A DNA stretch of 48,827 bases from assembly GCA_010093815.1 (NCBI GenBank), contig ML996590.1, one strand, 5' to 3'. Positions 26,301-41,883 of the stretch are shown here, one piece after another. Below the pieces are notes generated by a model, which was not told the DNA's origin, ran no database searches, and saw only the letters and a list, made by a program, of their open reading frames with translations. The position numbers were made by a program, and so were the translations under genes. Origin of the DNA: Pseudovirgaria hyperparasitica. Taxonomy: Eukaryota. The first letter of the stretch is position 1; each line of letters starts with the position of its first letter.

Positions 26301-26939
26301 TTAAGCTTTATTAAGTTTATATAATTATTACTTAAGTTAAGTCTAATATTATCTCTCTTTATATAGTCTAGTATATATATTATTATAAGATATAGTTAAT
26401 TACTAAATTCCTTCTCTAATACTTTAGTAATAGAGCTAAATAACGTAACTAGGTCTAGAGCTATATCCTTAAGACTTAATAATAAGATAATTAGTTACTC
26501 TTATAACTTCTTAAATACCTTTAGCCCCTTTAGAGAGAAGCTAAAGAAGATTATATAATTTAATAATATAATAACTTTAAATAATCTCTCGCTCTAAATA
26601 TAAAGAACTATCTTAATCTTATAATAATAATCTCTATAGATCTCTAAGCTCTTATAAATCTTATAGAGTAATACTAGTATATAATAAATAACTAATACCA
26701 TGCTAGTATATAACTATCTCTAATAATCTAATCTAATATAAAATTATCTAACTAAAACTAATTTAGTAATAGATCTTATAGAACGTTATAAGGTTACTAC
26801 TATACCTTAAATTTAAAACTATAAGAATTATATTATAGATCTCTCTACTAATTAATATATTAAGATATAAGAACTAACTTATATAAATAACCTAAAGTTA
26901 CTTACTATATCTATAGTAAGATAGACTATATAGTATCTA

Positions 26940-29900
26940 TATTAAGATTATTAACACGTTAAGTTAAATTAGTTATAAAGTATACTATTTTCTATCTATG
27001 TATTTAGTTAGTTATATTTATATATCTAACTAGTTTACTACTACCTATAGTAATTATATATAATATATACTACTACTATAGCTATAATAAGATACTTAAA
27101 TTTAGAAAAACCTACTACTACTCTTAGTAGCCTTATATATAATACTTAGATAGATATAGATTTATATCTTTATAGATACTATATTATAGTTAACCTACTA
27201 CTAAACTAATATTAGGGGGTTCCTTAGTAGATATAATATACTTTATAGTCTCTTTAGAGTAACCTTATTACTTAGCTAGTAGTTTAGTAATATTAATATC
27301 TTAATTATTATTCTAGTTAACCTATAGTATCTTACTAGTAGATAGTATCCTAGTTAGTTTATATAAAGCTATTATAGTCTTACCTTATATACTATTTAAG
27401 CTATTATCTAGAAAAACTAGCTTTATAATCTTTTAGTATATCTTATAATATAATAGTCTATTTAGAAGTAGTTTAGTAAGATAAGGTTTATACTATTTAT
27501 AACTATAAGTAGCTATAGTAGCGTTCTTAAGTCTAAAGCTATAATAATAATAGATATTCTAGTAGTACTTAACCATTGACTTTAGTACTAACTCCTTAGT
27601 ATAGAGCTTATATTTAGTATTATAGGCCCGATTTAGGTATTTCTATATATACTTACTAATTTTATTATTAAATAATCTTATAGCGTATTTCCCGTACTTA
27701 TAAATTAACTTTATAGACTTAAGAAGGTTAACTACCTCCTCTAGAGGCCCTAGTTACTTAATTAGTATATCTATCTAGTATAATAATAATAATAATAATA
27801 ATAATATTATATAACTAGGTAGAGTAGTACTCTATAGGCCTATGCCTCCTCTAGTCTAAGCTACTATATAAGAAGAAACCCTATAGGGAAAAACTTCCTT
27901 ATATCTATAACTACATCTCATTAAACCTCTATTTCGTCTTAAGTATATAGCTATAGGGTACGCCTATTAGTCTATAGCCTATATTACCGTTATTTTACCC
28001 TTAGGTAGTACGTATAGGTGCGGAGGTTATTAGTTAAGGGCTGCCCTTAACTAATAATCGGGGTTCTCCTAGGGTTCTTCCGGTATATATCGGGTTACTA
28101 CCAGCGTATACCGGGTCTCTTCTAGTATATATTTCTAGGTCTACTAGTACTAGAGGAGTAGTAGATATATAAGTATCTATTAGGAGACGTCCTTAGGGTA
28201 CTTATTAAGCCATTATACGATATCTAAAGTCTTCGTAACATGAATAAGCTATTACCGTTATATATAGAGGTTAGGGTATATAGCTAGATAGTAGCGTATT
28301 ATACCTCTCCGGCTATATACCTTATACTATAGGGAGGTATCGGGAACGCCTCTCTTATAGATATAGTATAGGAGTCCTATAGCGCCCGTTCGGGCTTAGA
28401 TAAGTATAGANNNNNNNNNNNNNNNNNNNNNNNNNNNNNNNNNNNNNNNNNNNNNNNNNNNNNNNNNNNNNNNNNNNNNNNNNNNNNNNNNAGGTCTAGT
28501 AGGTATAGAGTGTCTCTTTCTACTTATCTTAAGTCCACGACCGTATATTTTTTATAAGTTCTTAAAGGCTCTACTAGTCTAGGAGAGCGTCTAGGTTATC
28601 TTAGACTTCTTATACTACTTAGCTAGAGTCGGCTTCTATTAAGCACCTATACTATATTTAATTCCGGCCTATATATAGAAGTGCGTGGTAATATATACTA
28701 ATTTATATACGTAGCGCGGCGAAAGTATATTCTACGTTTTCTATACGTTTCTATACTTTTTATTTAGTAAAGTATACTACCCTCTATATCTAGTAGAAGT
28801 TATATATACTTATAACATCTATCTCGCGTCGTAGTATTACCGTGTTAGTAGCTTTATATACGCCTAATATAAGACGGAGTATGCGGTTCTATATGGATTC
28901 GAGCTTTATTTACCTAGTCTATATAAGGGCCGTATACTAGTACTCGTGTCCGTATATAAAGGCGGGTCGTGCTATAGATATATATAGCTAGCGTGCCTTA
29001 TCCCGGGCGGTTCCCTATATAGAGGCTATAATCTATTATATAGCGGCTTCTACCTAGAGGGCCCTAGAGACGGCGTATACCACTTATAGTCCCTATTTAA
29101 GCTTGCTATCTAGTATAACTCCGAGCGTGCGCATGCTTTATACTAGTAGTTCGTTAAATACGTCGATTCGGGGGCGTCGTTCGCCTTCCCTAGTTACCTA
29201 TTTCCCTTAACGATTAATAAAGTATATAAGCTAGTATTTCTCCGGGGCGAACTTTATTCTATAGCGTTTTACCTACTAGAGGCACCTCTTATAGTCCTAT
29301 TCTAGTCGTCTATACGTTCGGTTAGTATTATTATTAATAGCTAGGAGGTATATATTATCGGCGTATCTAACTACCTCTATATACTTTATTCCTTAAAGAA
29401 GGTCTACTATAAAGAAGAGGAATAGAATCGGAGAGATAGTACTCCCTTATGGGATGCCGTATACCGTCTCTTTATATTTACTCTAGTATCTAGAGATATA
29501 TATCTAAGTTATTCTTCCTATAAGGAATGACTATATAAAGCGTATAATCCATTCTAGTATTTATCTTATCTGGAGGTTATAAATAAGTCTTATATGGTTT
29601 ACCTTATTAAACGCTCCGGCTATATCGAGGGAGAGGAGCGATACTATCCGTCCCTATTTCTATACGGCCTAGACGACTTTAATAATATATTAGATAGCTA
29701 TTATTAGGGAGCTATCTATCTTTACCTTCTAGTTCGGAGGGAGGAGATTATATTTCTATACTACGGTACTTATCTTCTTCGCTATCATAGCCTCTAGTAT
29801 CTTACCTAGGTAGAAGAGAAGGGTAATTAGTCTCTATCCCTTTAGGGAGTTAGCGCTCTTTTCTAGTTTCGGGAGTATAATAGTATAGGCGACTTAGAAG

Positions 29901-32900
29901 CTCTAGGGGTGGTACCCCTACGTAACGCATGCTTAGAATATATAAGTAATAAGCGGTAGGGTCGCTTTTATAGTACTTTTTAGGTATTAATTTAGAATTC
30001 TATCTAGTCCGGGTGCTTTATCATTTAGAAGTATCTTAATAATATTAAGTATATCCTTCTCTATAACTTCTTCGGGGATATCTACCGCGTATAGATATTC
30101 GGCGCCGTGAATATCTAATAGGTCTACTAGTTCCGGGAGAGGGAATATAGCCTCCCGTAGGGCCTTAGTTTTCTTAAGGCCTGTGGAGTATATTCTCCCC
30201 TAATATATTAGGGGAGGTATAAGTGGCGGGGGTATCGGAGTATCTACGCCCTTAGCCCATTTCGCTATACGCTATAGCCCTATTACGTGTTATATCTATT
30301 AACTAGTAATTATACGCTACTATTTACGCCTTTCGTTACGGAGGACTTTATCGCGTTATTATATCGCTTCCTTCTATTCTTTCTACGACTCGGGTGTCCT
30401 TATATAGTATACGCGTCTATATAGTCTTTAGGCGTCTTATCTACTTTCCTATACTTAAGGAATCCCCTTTACTTCCGGGGCCCGGTATATTTAGTATAGT
30501 ATATATTTATTTCTTATATTCTAGTATATTCATAGGAGTGTCTATACGGCCTAGTCTATGGCTAGGTCGTTAGATATATCGACTATAGAGGGATCTAGAA
30601 TCGCCGATTCTAGGTCCTTCAGGTACTTTTCCTAGTTAGTATCCTTCTATATCTATCGTCCCCGTTATTTATTCGGGGTATATATATTTATTATAGTTTC
30701 TATGCATTCGTGGTCGGAATCCGTCTATACCTGGCCTAGGCGGTAGTATTAGATCCGGTAACTAATGTGCTCCGTGGTAAAGGTAAGGTTAAGCGTGGAC
30801 CCGTCTTCGTCCTATTTATGTTTTTTCTATATAACTTATCCTATAGGTGTGAGTAGGTATAGGAAGTCGTGGTAGCGGGTGCTATCTATCTAGTATAAGT
30901 AATATTCTAGTTCCCTATAGTTAGCTAGAGAATAAGCTAACTTACTTAGAGTAGATAGAAGACCTAGATAGCTAACTAAATTAGACTACTTAGGCTTTTA
31001 TTAAAATAATTAAGATAATATTTTTAAGATAGTTAAGGATATCTTTAGAACTAGATAGAACTATACTATAGTAAAATTACTATTAATTTCTTTCTTATCT
31101 AATAAGATAATAAGTTATTTCTTTATAAGCTTAGATTAGATAATATAAGAGTCCTTCTTAATAGATAGTTTTTTAAAGATTAGACTTTCTATAACTACTC
31201 TATTAAGGCTCTATATCTTTTTAGTAATATTTACCTTCTACTAAAAATCCTAGAATAATATAATATATATATCTAGGTTACTCTTAACTTTAAAGGAGTC
31301 TTTAGTTATTAAAATAGTATACTTAAATATAGATTATTTATATCTATTTTTAACTATATTAATACCTTTATTACTAATAAGTTTATAAAGAGTTTTAGCT
31401 TACTTAAGAAGTATTATATATAGATTATTTCTAGTAGCTATTAGAACGGACGTTAAAAATTATACCTAGATAGCTACTATAGTTCTCTAGTTAATTATAT
31501 TTACCTTAATTAATAAGGTTATATTATATAGCTATTAGTAGATATTAGTAAGATAGATATTAGTCTAGATTAATTAGTTAATAATTCTTTTAACTATATT
31601 AAGATTATATATATATAGATATCTAATATAGTTACTTTTTTATTATCTAGCTAATCTTTCTATAGAATTATAATTAGATTAAATCTTTATATACTAGTTT
31701 TAAAATGAATTATATAACTTAATTTAGATATAAAAAGTAATAGATTACTAATATTTAGTACTAAGCTACCCGTGTTCGTTTACTATCTACTTAACTAACT
31801 ATATAGTAAGCTAAAGTCTAAATTATTAGTAGTAGTTATTAATATAAGTAATATAGTATATATATAACCTAATTATTAAGATTAGACTAAGATTAGATCG
31901 CCTACTATACTCTTTATAGTTAGTTATATAGTACTTATAATCTTTAATAGTTACTTAGCTAAGATACTACTATTATTATCTTTATATCTATATACTAGAT
32001 TAATATCTAAGGGTACTATCTAATTATAACGGTCGGTTTCGTTTACTATAAGTAGCTTATCTTTAATTATCTAGGGCTTAGAATAAGTCTTCTTTAGAAT
32101 CTACTAATAATATAGTAGTAATATTACTACTCTACTAAGTATAAATTAATTAAATATAATCACGACTTTATTATTTAAAATACTAGGAACTCTATATAGT
32201 AGATATTCTTTCTAAAACTATTCTTCTTTTAAGACGATAGCTAGCTAGTAGATACTAATCTTACTCTTTCTTATAATCTATTATTCTATTACTATAATAA
32301 TTAGTAACTTTACTTAGTTAGATAGCTAGATATTTATAGATAGCTAAGTTATATAGTTCTCTATAATATTAATAGAATAATCTATAAAAATAGCTATAAA
32401 TTATATTTTAATAGGTACTATTATTTAGTTATAGAGAAATTACCTAATACTAGTCTATTACTAGAGATCTATATAGATAGAGCTAATAATAAAGAGTATT
32501 CTACTACTATATATTCTAGAAGAATTAGTAGAAAAGCTTTTAATAGACCTAGAAAATTATTAGAATCTATCTAGTTAGCTATTATCTTATATAGAGCCGT
32601 ATATAATAGTTATATAGCTAGATTAATATTTATCTAAGTCTAAATTTTTGCCGTAGGCTAATAGTAGTACTTTTTATCTACCTTTAGTTATAGATATAGA
32701 AGGATATTAGTTAGTTTAGATTAAGTATAACTATTATATATCTACTAAATAAATATACTAGGTCTTATAAGGATAAAGCTAGTTATATATAATAATTAGT
32801 TAATATTATAGAATATTTATAGATTAGTAGCTATAAATAGTAGACTATATAGTTAGCTTAACTATAGTAATTATTTTTAGTTAATAGATTTAGATCTAGT

Positions 32901-35900
32901 ACTAACCTTAAAGTAAATAATATAAGAAAGTACTTAATAGTTATATATTCTTAAAATACTTAGTAAATATATATATTATAACGCTATCTATTATAATAGA
33001 TATTAACGGCTTTCTATCTATAACGGCTAGGGGCGGATAGATATAATAACTTTAAGTAGTCGCTAATCTAGCTAGACTTCTAGTAGACTATTTCTATATA
33101 CTTATTTAAGCTTATATTCTTTAACTAAGTTAAATAGAAGTATACTTTACTAAATCTATTAACCGAATTCTAGACTCTTACTATATATTATTATCTAGTA
33201 TCTAATAGTTAGTTAATAATTATACTTAATTTAAACATAGTATTAATTATAGATAGCTATTACTATTTATTTATTTATAATTATAAGTAGGTATATATCT
33301 TCTCTATAGTTAAAGTAGTTAAGTTTCTTTAGAAATAGTTCTAATTACTTAATAGATATTACTAGGTATATTTTCTATATCTCCGGTAGCTCTAGTTTAT
33401 ATATCTAACGGGCTACTATATATTTAATAGATACTAGTCTAACTTACTATTAGCTAAGCTTATAATAAGTGCCTAGAATCTTATACCCTTTATATAGTTA
33501 AATATAGACCTAGTTACCGGAAGCAAGGTCTAGTAGAGATATATAGCGCCTATTAAAACGCTCCTTTATATATATCTAGGCGAATACTAGCGCGTCTAAC
33601 GTCTTCTTCTAGTTTATATTATACTTTTAGATATAATTATTTACTTTAGTTAAACTAGTTTCCTTAAATAGAGTACCCTTAGATAGTTATTAGAAGCTAT
33701 ATACTATCTTATTTAGAGATTTTTATATTAAGGCGTTTATTAAATTATTTATAAGCTACTAGACTAATAGAATATAGGTTATTTAGTCTATAGCCGGTAA
33801 TATTAAAATAAGAAAACATAGGGTAATCTCTACCATTTAATTCGTACATTTACTTTAACTATTACTCTACTTATAATAAGTAGTTAATACTAGGATTTTA
33901 GTACTAATACCCTTAAAAATTCCTTTTTAAAATAATAATAGGAATTTTCGGTCCCTATTATAAATAATTATAGCTAGAACTCTCTATTCTAGTAGTATAC
34001 TTCTTCTAAATATAGTTATCTATTATATAGTAGTATAGTCGTTCTAGTCTAGAACGAGATAGATTTATTTAGTAAACTAATCTATTATAGTAAGTAGTAT
34101 ATTAAATCTATTCTATATTAGTAGTCTAATAATAAAGTCTATTATAACTATGTAAAATAGTATTAGTAGTAACTAGACTAGCTTTAATTTACTATATAGA
34201 GCGTGTCTTTATATCTAGTAAGTTTTATAGATAGAATAGTACTAAATATAGTACTTTAGAAACTTTATAAGCTAATAAATAAAGTAGTCTATACAAATCT
34301 AATTATATACTTAGAAAAAACCTATATAAGCACTTTTATTATAGAATTAAGTAAAAATATCTCTATTAAGTAATTTTAGTATATAGATCTAATATTATCT
34401 ATTAAGCTAATTAATATAATAAATTATACTATTAGTAATCTAAAAAGGAATTAGTTAGATAATATTATTATTCTAGTCTAGTACTATAGCTTTAATACTT
34501 ATCTAGTACTTATTATTATTATATATATTAGCTAGCTACCTTATAAATTTTAGATTAATCTTAACTATTATAATATTAAATATCGAGAGCTCCTTAAGAA
34601 TATCTAAGTCTCTTAGCTAGACTCTATTATAGATCTAATAGAGCTAAGAAAGAGTATTAGATACTATATACTCTTTATCTAGTCTATATTTAAGCTTTAG
34701 ATTAAACTATAATAGATACTATAAGGTCTATACTAGTTAGAGATTTAGCTTATTAACTAATAAGCTTATAAGTACTATCTACTAAATAATACTTAGTATA
34801 GCTATATAGTTAGTAATAATAATTATAAGTTAGTCTAAACTATTAACTATATAGTATATTTAATATATAGTCTATATAACCGCTACTACTTCTAGCTCTA
34901 TTAGCTAGTAATATAACTTAGCTAAAGAGAGTTCTTTACTAAGGTATAGAATAGACTTAATATCTAATTATCTAATCTTTATAATATTATCTACTTCTTC
35001 TTTAATATAATAAGTAAAGACTCTAAAGCTATACTTTAATACGTTAATATCTATATAAAGCTATTATTTAGAATTATAGTAGATAAGCTTAGTCTTATCT
35101 ATAAAGACGGTCTAAATACCCTTCTATAACGCTAGTAGCTAGTCTATTTAAGCGATCTTTATTTATTTATAGTATACTATATATATATAGCCCGCTAAAG
35201 GTACTTCCTTAAGAAGATACGTTTTCTCTATCTATAGATTCTAGGCGAGTTAAGTATAATATAGTATATATTACTATAACTAACCGGTTAGTCTAAGGTA
35301 GTACTTAAGCTTATTAAGCGTTTTAAAATACTAGAGATTATATATAGCTACTAATTTCTTAGCTATAGTAGAGAGTCTATAAGTATTAACCTTTTAGCTA
35401 AGTAGAGTAATAGATAGATATTCTAAGTAATATCTTTTATCTTTAAGTATTAGGTTTCTTACCTATAGAGTAGAGAATATCTACTAAAGGTAGTTAAGAT
35501 ACTTATTAAGTTCCTTACTAAATACAGAAATATTATTAATATATACTATAGTAAACGCCTTATATCTAGCTTCACGTAAGATCTTATTAATCTATCTTTA
35601 TATATATAGTAGAGAGTTATAGAAATCTATTAGAATAATATTTAACTACTTCTAGCCTTAGTATAATATAAATATTAGTTTATAATAGTCTTTCTTAGTA
35701 ACCGGCTACTAGTAGAAGAAGCTAGCTATATTAATTATAGATATAAACTTCTTTCTAGCTATATATTAGATAATATTACCCTAGAGTAGTAACGGGTAGA
35801 AGTCCTTAATACTAATTTTATTTAGATCTCTTATATCTCTAACTACCTAACTAGTATTCTTATATAATATTTAGATAAGTAACTTTACTATAGAGTATAT

Positions 35901-38900
35901 AATAAATATTAGGAAACTAAATAGTATTAACTATATTAGATATTCTATATAACCTTATATATAGAGCTTATTATATATCTTATTAATAATAGTCTTACCG
36001 CTTACCTCTAACGGGTAGATATAGTAGCTTAGCTTTATACTAGCCGTTTTCTAGTTACTTACTAGGGGAATATATATCTAGTCTTTCTCTAGAATATTTA
36101 TAAGTCTAGTATTATAAAATAAGCTAGTATAACTTTAGATAATATTATTAAACTTATAGATAGTTACTTTATCTTTAGTATAAACTTTTATACTAAATAT
36201 ATCTATCTATTTAACTTTATTAAGCTAAGTAAGCTTTATAGATAATCCCTCTATATTATTAGAAGAAACTACTTTAGTCTAAAATATATAGAGAGTATCT
36301 ATTTTATCTATTAATATACTAAGTCTTATATTTTTATTTTTATATACTAATCTAAATCCACGGTTTATAATAAATATATATACTATATTTTAGTTAGTAA
36401 GGTATATATAGATACCTTTACCTTAACTAAGTCTTATGCTTATATATATTAGAGTAAATATATAATCTTCTATAGCTAACTCGTACTAGTAATAGATTAT
36501 AATTAAGACTAGTATAAGTATTTATAGCTAGAGAATAGTATATTATAAAATAGTTACTCCCTAGTATACTACTAGTTAAATAGTAGTAGTAAAGGTTAGT
36601 ATAGTAACTCCGCTATATATACTAATAGTTATTATATATATACTTATATAGATATCTATCTTCTAAGATACTATAATATCTATTCTAAGAAGAAGACTTA
36701 CTTATAGATAGTTAAGAATATATATCTTATATATTACTTTTATAGTTATAGTAGTTAAATTATTAGACGTTCGGCCTAGAAGGAATAGTATAATAACTAT
36801 GAATTTAGTTAACTTTATAGGCTTAACTCTCTCTATACCCTAAATAGAAATACCTAGTAAGATAAGTATCTAGGTATTAGAGTTCTACTATTTAAGAAAA
36901 GCTTAGTTAATTAGTATTACTACGCTTTCTATATCTATATAGATATATTTAATAGAGCCGTTAAGACTAAGTAATACCTTAACTTAGATATAGTATAGCC
37001 CTTTATATACTCGGCTAGTATCTAGTAGACTATTAACTAATAATAGTACTATATTACCCTAGATATTATAATATACGATATCTAACCTTAGAACTATATA
37101 ATTATATAGAGGAACTTTAGTCTTTACTACTATCTTAAGATACTTTCTATTCTTAAGGTACTTAAATAGCTTATTTTATAATAGAAATACCTTATTATAA
37201 AGGTTATATTAGATCTAGCGTACTAGATATATATTAGTTACTTAGTATACTATAAATTATAAAGATAGACTCTCGTTAATATAACTAGATAATAGATTAT
37301 AGCTAGTAAGACTAGTTTTATTACTAAACTATACTAGTTTAATAGTATCTATATTAGTTAGTCTAAGATAGAAGAAAGCTTCTTTAATCTCTATATAGTA
37401 AGTGTCTTTAATATCTAGATTATATAATTCTTTCTAAATATTATATGCCTAGTAGAATAGTTATACTAGTTAGATAAACCATCTATTATTACTAAGAGAC
37501 TAAGACTAGCTAGTATAGAGCTTATTAGTTATTCTAAAACTAGTAGAATAATCTATAGAACTATCTATTATAGCTAGTAGCTAATATATATTAGCTAATA
37601 TCTTTTAACTATCTTTATCTAAATCTTCTAATTCTTATTAGAACTACTATAGAGGGTAGAGCTAGTATAAGTTAGGATATTAATTAGATTAATTAGCTAT
37701 AAGATAATAGCTATTAGATTAGCTCTAGTCTTAAGAGTTACTAAATAGTTAAGATAAGTTATAGTAATAAGAGCTATTATATTAACTATCTTCTTTTTCT
37801 TATTAAGTAAATTAACTTAAAGTACTATACTATATACTACTAAGATAATAGTAGATAAGTTAGTACTATTCTTTATATTTTACTTATAGAGTTTATATAA
37901 ATTAGACTAGAGATATAGATTCTAGTAGTAGAGGTAGACTCTAGTAAAGAAGAATATTAATACTATTCTATATAAACGTCTAAGCGTTTTAGCTAGAAGG
38001 GCCTAATAGTTATATAGTACTATAGTCGTAAGCTATAGTATATATATATATAAAGTAATATTAGTTTAGGAGCGGGTCTATTAAAGAGTATATCTTTATA
38101 TTATAAGAGATAATAGAGTATTAGATAATAGCTACTTAAACTACTTAATTAAGACTATAGTCTAGGTATCTAAACTAGATAAATAATAGAGTACTTTCTT
38201 CTTAAGATTAGATAATTCTAATATAAACTACTTAAGGGTATATTCTTATAGATACTAGAAGATTTTTAACTTAATAGTTTTAGTTTCTCTAGGTAGTATC
38301 TTTAATTTAGTTAAAGAAGATATATATATTATATATATATATATTCTAACTAGTAAAAATAATATCTCTATCTCTAAAGCTATAATCTAAGTTAGACTAG
38401 AAGAATCTAATTTCTTATATTCTAAACCCTTAACTATCTTCGTTATTATTAAATAGTAGGTTTTTACTACTATCTATTAGGTTTTAGTTATTATCTTATA
38501 AAATACCCGCTCTCTAAGTAAGAGCCTACTAGATTATAGCTATAATTATAGCTTACTATCTTACCGTAAAGTCCCTATTATTAGTTATTAGAGCCCTAGC
38601 TAGTATACTACTATTACTAGTATCTATATCTATCTAAAATAGTATAGCATATTCTACTAAAATACTAGTATATTTAGAATAGTTAGATATAGTAGCTTCT
38701 ATACTAGAGCTTACTATATAATTAACTAAGTCTAATAAGCTTAAGAATACCCTAGAGAGTCTACTAGTTAATAGATACTAAGCTTAAATTAATAGATTAT
38801 TTAGAAACGAGTTATATATCTCTTATAATATAGAGTAATTTATTAACTACTATAGTAGAAAAGGCTTAATAGCTAGCCTTCTACTTTATAAAGAACGTTC

Positions 38901-39604
38901 TAGAGTAGAGAGTAGTAGATAGTTAGTAATAAGATAATTAAGTACTATCTTAAGTAGTAGTGGATTTCTAAATATCTATTAGTTAACTTATCTATAACTA
39001 AATAGTTAATACTCTAGGAGAACTAAGTCCTCTAGTAGTAATATAAGCTATTATTATAAGTAGCTAGTAAGAGTAGAGAAAATATAAAATTACCTATATC
39101 TAGTATATAATAGAAAAACCTTTTAAGCTAAATAGTAATATATAGAAGTAATAGAGTTATAGATATCTAGTTTAATCTATATATAGTCTTATAACTAGTA
39201 AATAGAGCGTTCTTAAGCTTTAGAGAGTTAAGTTTTTAGTAATAAAATAAGTCTATTCTACTCGTGCCGTATACTAGAAGAAGAATATCTTACTAGTCTA
39301 TTATAAGATAGTTAGTATAGATAGTATAGTAAGAAGAAGATCGCTTAAATTAGTAATTATTCTAGTATTACTATATTAACTAAGATAGTCTAGTAAAGAG
39401 GACTTAGTATTTAAAGTATATAAACTAGTAGATACTAATTTTTAGCTACTACTTTATTAAGATTATTAATATATTAAGTTAAATTAGTTATAAAGTATAC
39501 TATTTTCTATCTATATATCTAGTTAGTTATATTTATATACCTAACTAGTTCACTACTATCTATAGTAATTATATATAATATATACTACTACTATAGCTAT
39601 AACA
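26940..39604. mobile_element. LTR retrotransposon C (150-bp LTRs), heavily RIP-mutated, probably Gypsy-like on +
   Basis: Direct repeats 26940-27089 and 39455-39604 (T[A/G]..CA) with 5-bp TSD ATCTA at 26935-26939 and 39605-39609. The empty site is visible in the inverted homolog at ~25430-25445. Only weak internal motifs (LILGVP* ~27207, IRTDVKNY ~31440). Confidence 0.8.
27784..30882 (-). mobile_element. 5'-truncated copy (~3.1 kb) of the Tad1-like LINE
   Basis: Near-identical to 8089-11192 apart from transitions; (TAT)n tail; 16-bp TSD tatctatctagtataa at 27768-27783 and 30883-30898; intact DSDH codons near 30710. Confidence 0.93.
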
Positions 39605-40942
39605 ATCTAAGTACTAATAAGAGAAACTACTAAGTACTAATATAACTTACTAATTAGTTATATACTATAAGTACTAGTAGCTAGAATATATTATATCTAA
39701 CTATCTAGTATAGAATATAAAAAACTAATAGTCTATAAGAAACCCTTATAACTTATAGATATAACTATAATAGAGAGATAACTAACTAAATAGTATATAA
39801 AACTATAGGCTAGACCTATTAAGGTCTCTTATAGATAATATTAGACTATAATACTTAATAGTAGTTTAGCTACTAATATTATATTAATCTAATAAGTATA
39901 AGAACTTAATATTAATATCTAAGCTCTAATAGATACTAAATTCTATAGTATTAATAGTTCTATTAAGTTATATAGTACCTATACTATTAAATATAGTATC
40001 TAGGATAGCGGAGGAAAATAGAAACTCTACTACTTAACCTTTATTATAGTAGATAGTCCCTTTAATATAATTCTAGATATACTATAGCTTAAGAAATATA
40101 ATCTAAAACTAGACTTTCTTAAAAAGATAGCTAGCTAGTATATAAATCTACCTTAATAGAAACTAGTATAGCTTATTAATAATAAATAATTCTAGAAAGC
40201 TTATAAGAAGATAATCTTTACTATCTATATACTTTTACTTATCTAAAATAGTAAGCTTAGTATTAAAGTAGATAAAAACCCACTATATTAGTATAAAATA
40301 TACTAATATATTATATTAGTATAAAATATACTAATATATTATATTAGTAATTAATTTCTCTAAATTACCTTAATACTAATCTACTAATCTTACTATTAAT
40401 CTTAAAGATAGCTAGTAACCTCTATATAGATCTATCTACCCTCTTTTAGAATCTAAACTATAAGTTCTTTAAGAATATATTAAAAAGAACCTTATATAAG
40501 AATAGATTAGGTCTAGTATATCTCTAGCTAGTACTCTAATCCTCTTTATAAAGAAAAAAGATAGAAGTCTCTATCTATATATTAACTACTATAGTCTAAA
40601 TAAAATTATATAAGAGAATTACTATCTACTACCTCTTATCTTAGAGTCTATTAATAGACTAGAATATATAAAGATCTTTACTAAGCTTAATCTATATAAT
40701 ACTTACTACTATCTTTATATTAAGAAGGGTAATAAATAGAAAACGGCCTTTAGAATCTATTATAGATACTTTAAGTATATAGTAGTTTCTTTTAGACTAA
40801 CTAATGTACTAGAAACCTTCTAAGTATATATTAATAATATACTAGCTAGTCTACTTAATACGATATATATCGTAAACTTAGATAATAAGAAGAAGTATAT
40901 CTAGTACATATATATAGTTCTAGATAGACTAGAAAAGTATAA

Positions 40943-41883
40943 TAATAATAATAATATTAGTGTTTAACTAGGAAGAACTATATATATAGCCATATATATG
41001 CTCCACAGGCTCAGGCCTCCTCTAGTATTGGCTGCTATGTATATAAGAAAACCTCCTATGATTGGCTCCCTAACTAGACCCTATTACTAACCTAACCTGG
41101 CCTAGTCTAAGTCCTCGAATCCCATTGGGTGACAAACTTACTTCTTATCCTTATATTAGGCTTTTATTACTATATTAGTACCGGCTCTTAATAACGCCCT
41201 AACCAACTATAGTAGGTATTACCTTTCTTATGATTAGGTAGGTCGCTAGGCTAGGCCTAGTCTTTTATTCCTATGTTACCGTGTTTTTTTCTATCCATGG
41301 GAATATAGCTTTGCGCCGGGTAGTAGTCATTAATTAAGATAACTAATGCCGGAGGGGGTGTATATCTAATAGGTCCATGCCTTAGTACTAACCCCAGCTA
41401 GGCCGAATTCGGAAATTATTCTTCGGGGCTATATAATCGTCTATGGGTAGGCGGGATACTTAATTAGGTATTACCGTCTATTTCGTGGTTACCGAGCCGG
41501 AGTAAGCGCGAGCTAAGCCGGATTAGAGTGGATAAGGCCCCGGTATATAGTGAAAATTCTATGATTCGAGCTAAGCTAGTTATGGGTCTAGCCGCTCTAG
41601 GCGTCGCTCTACCACTTAAGGTGGCTTAGTAGGTGGCTATATTAGGTAATTCTTATTATGTAATGACGGTATAGTCATTTTTATATTACCTAATAGTCGC
41701 TTAGAACTAAGTAGTTATATAACGGTAACCTTCACGTCACGTGCTCGCTTAGCCCCGCATACTTTTTAATAGAGCGTGCGAAAACTAGTGTATGAAAAGG
41801 TAGCCGTTATAGGATTCGAACCCACGACGTTAGATAACAAACGCTTCTAGTAACGTAGTACACTACTACTACGCCACCTGGCC
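40943..41883 (-). mobile_element. tRNA-derived SINE-like element (~940 bp) with LINE-related 3' end
   Basis: 16-bp TSD gactagaaaagtataa at 40927-40942 and 41884-41899. 5' head at 41883-41801 has A box TGGCGTAGTAG and B box GGTTCGAATCC. (TAT)n tail. The 3' ~100 bp resemble the LINE 3' end. Confidence 0.85.

Larger units (their letters stand above)
6256..26399 (-). mobile_element. Gypsy family B, left copy (heavily RIP-mutated), interrupted by the LINE at 8089-20758
   Basis: 6256-8088 and 20760-25970 are the reverse complement of 26400-26939 plus 39605-47050. The homolog has the empty LINE site at ~45211-45235. No LTRs recognised. Confidence 0.85.

Noticed and set aside
41801..41883. Standalone tRNA gene
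   Set aside because: Stems are degenerate with no clear anticodon arm, and it starts exactly at the TSD of a tailed insertion, so it is a SINE head.
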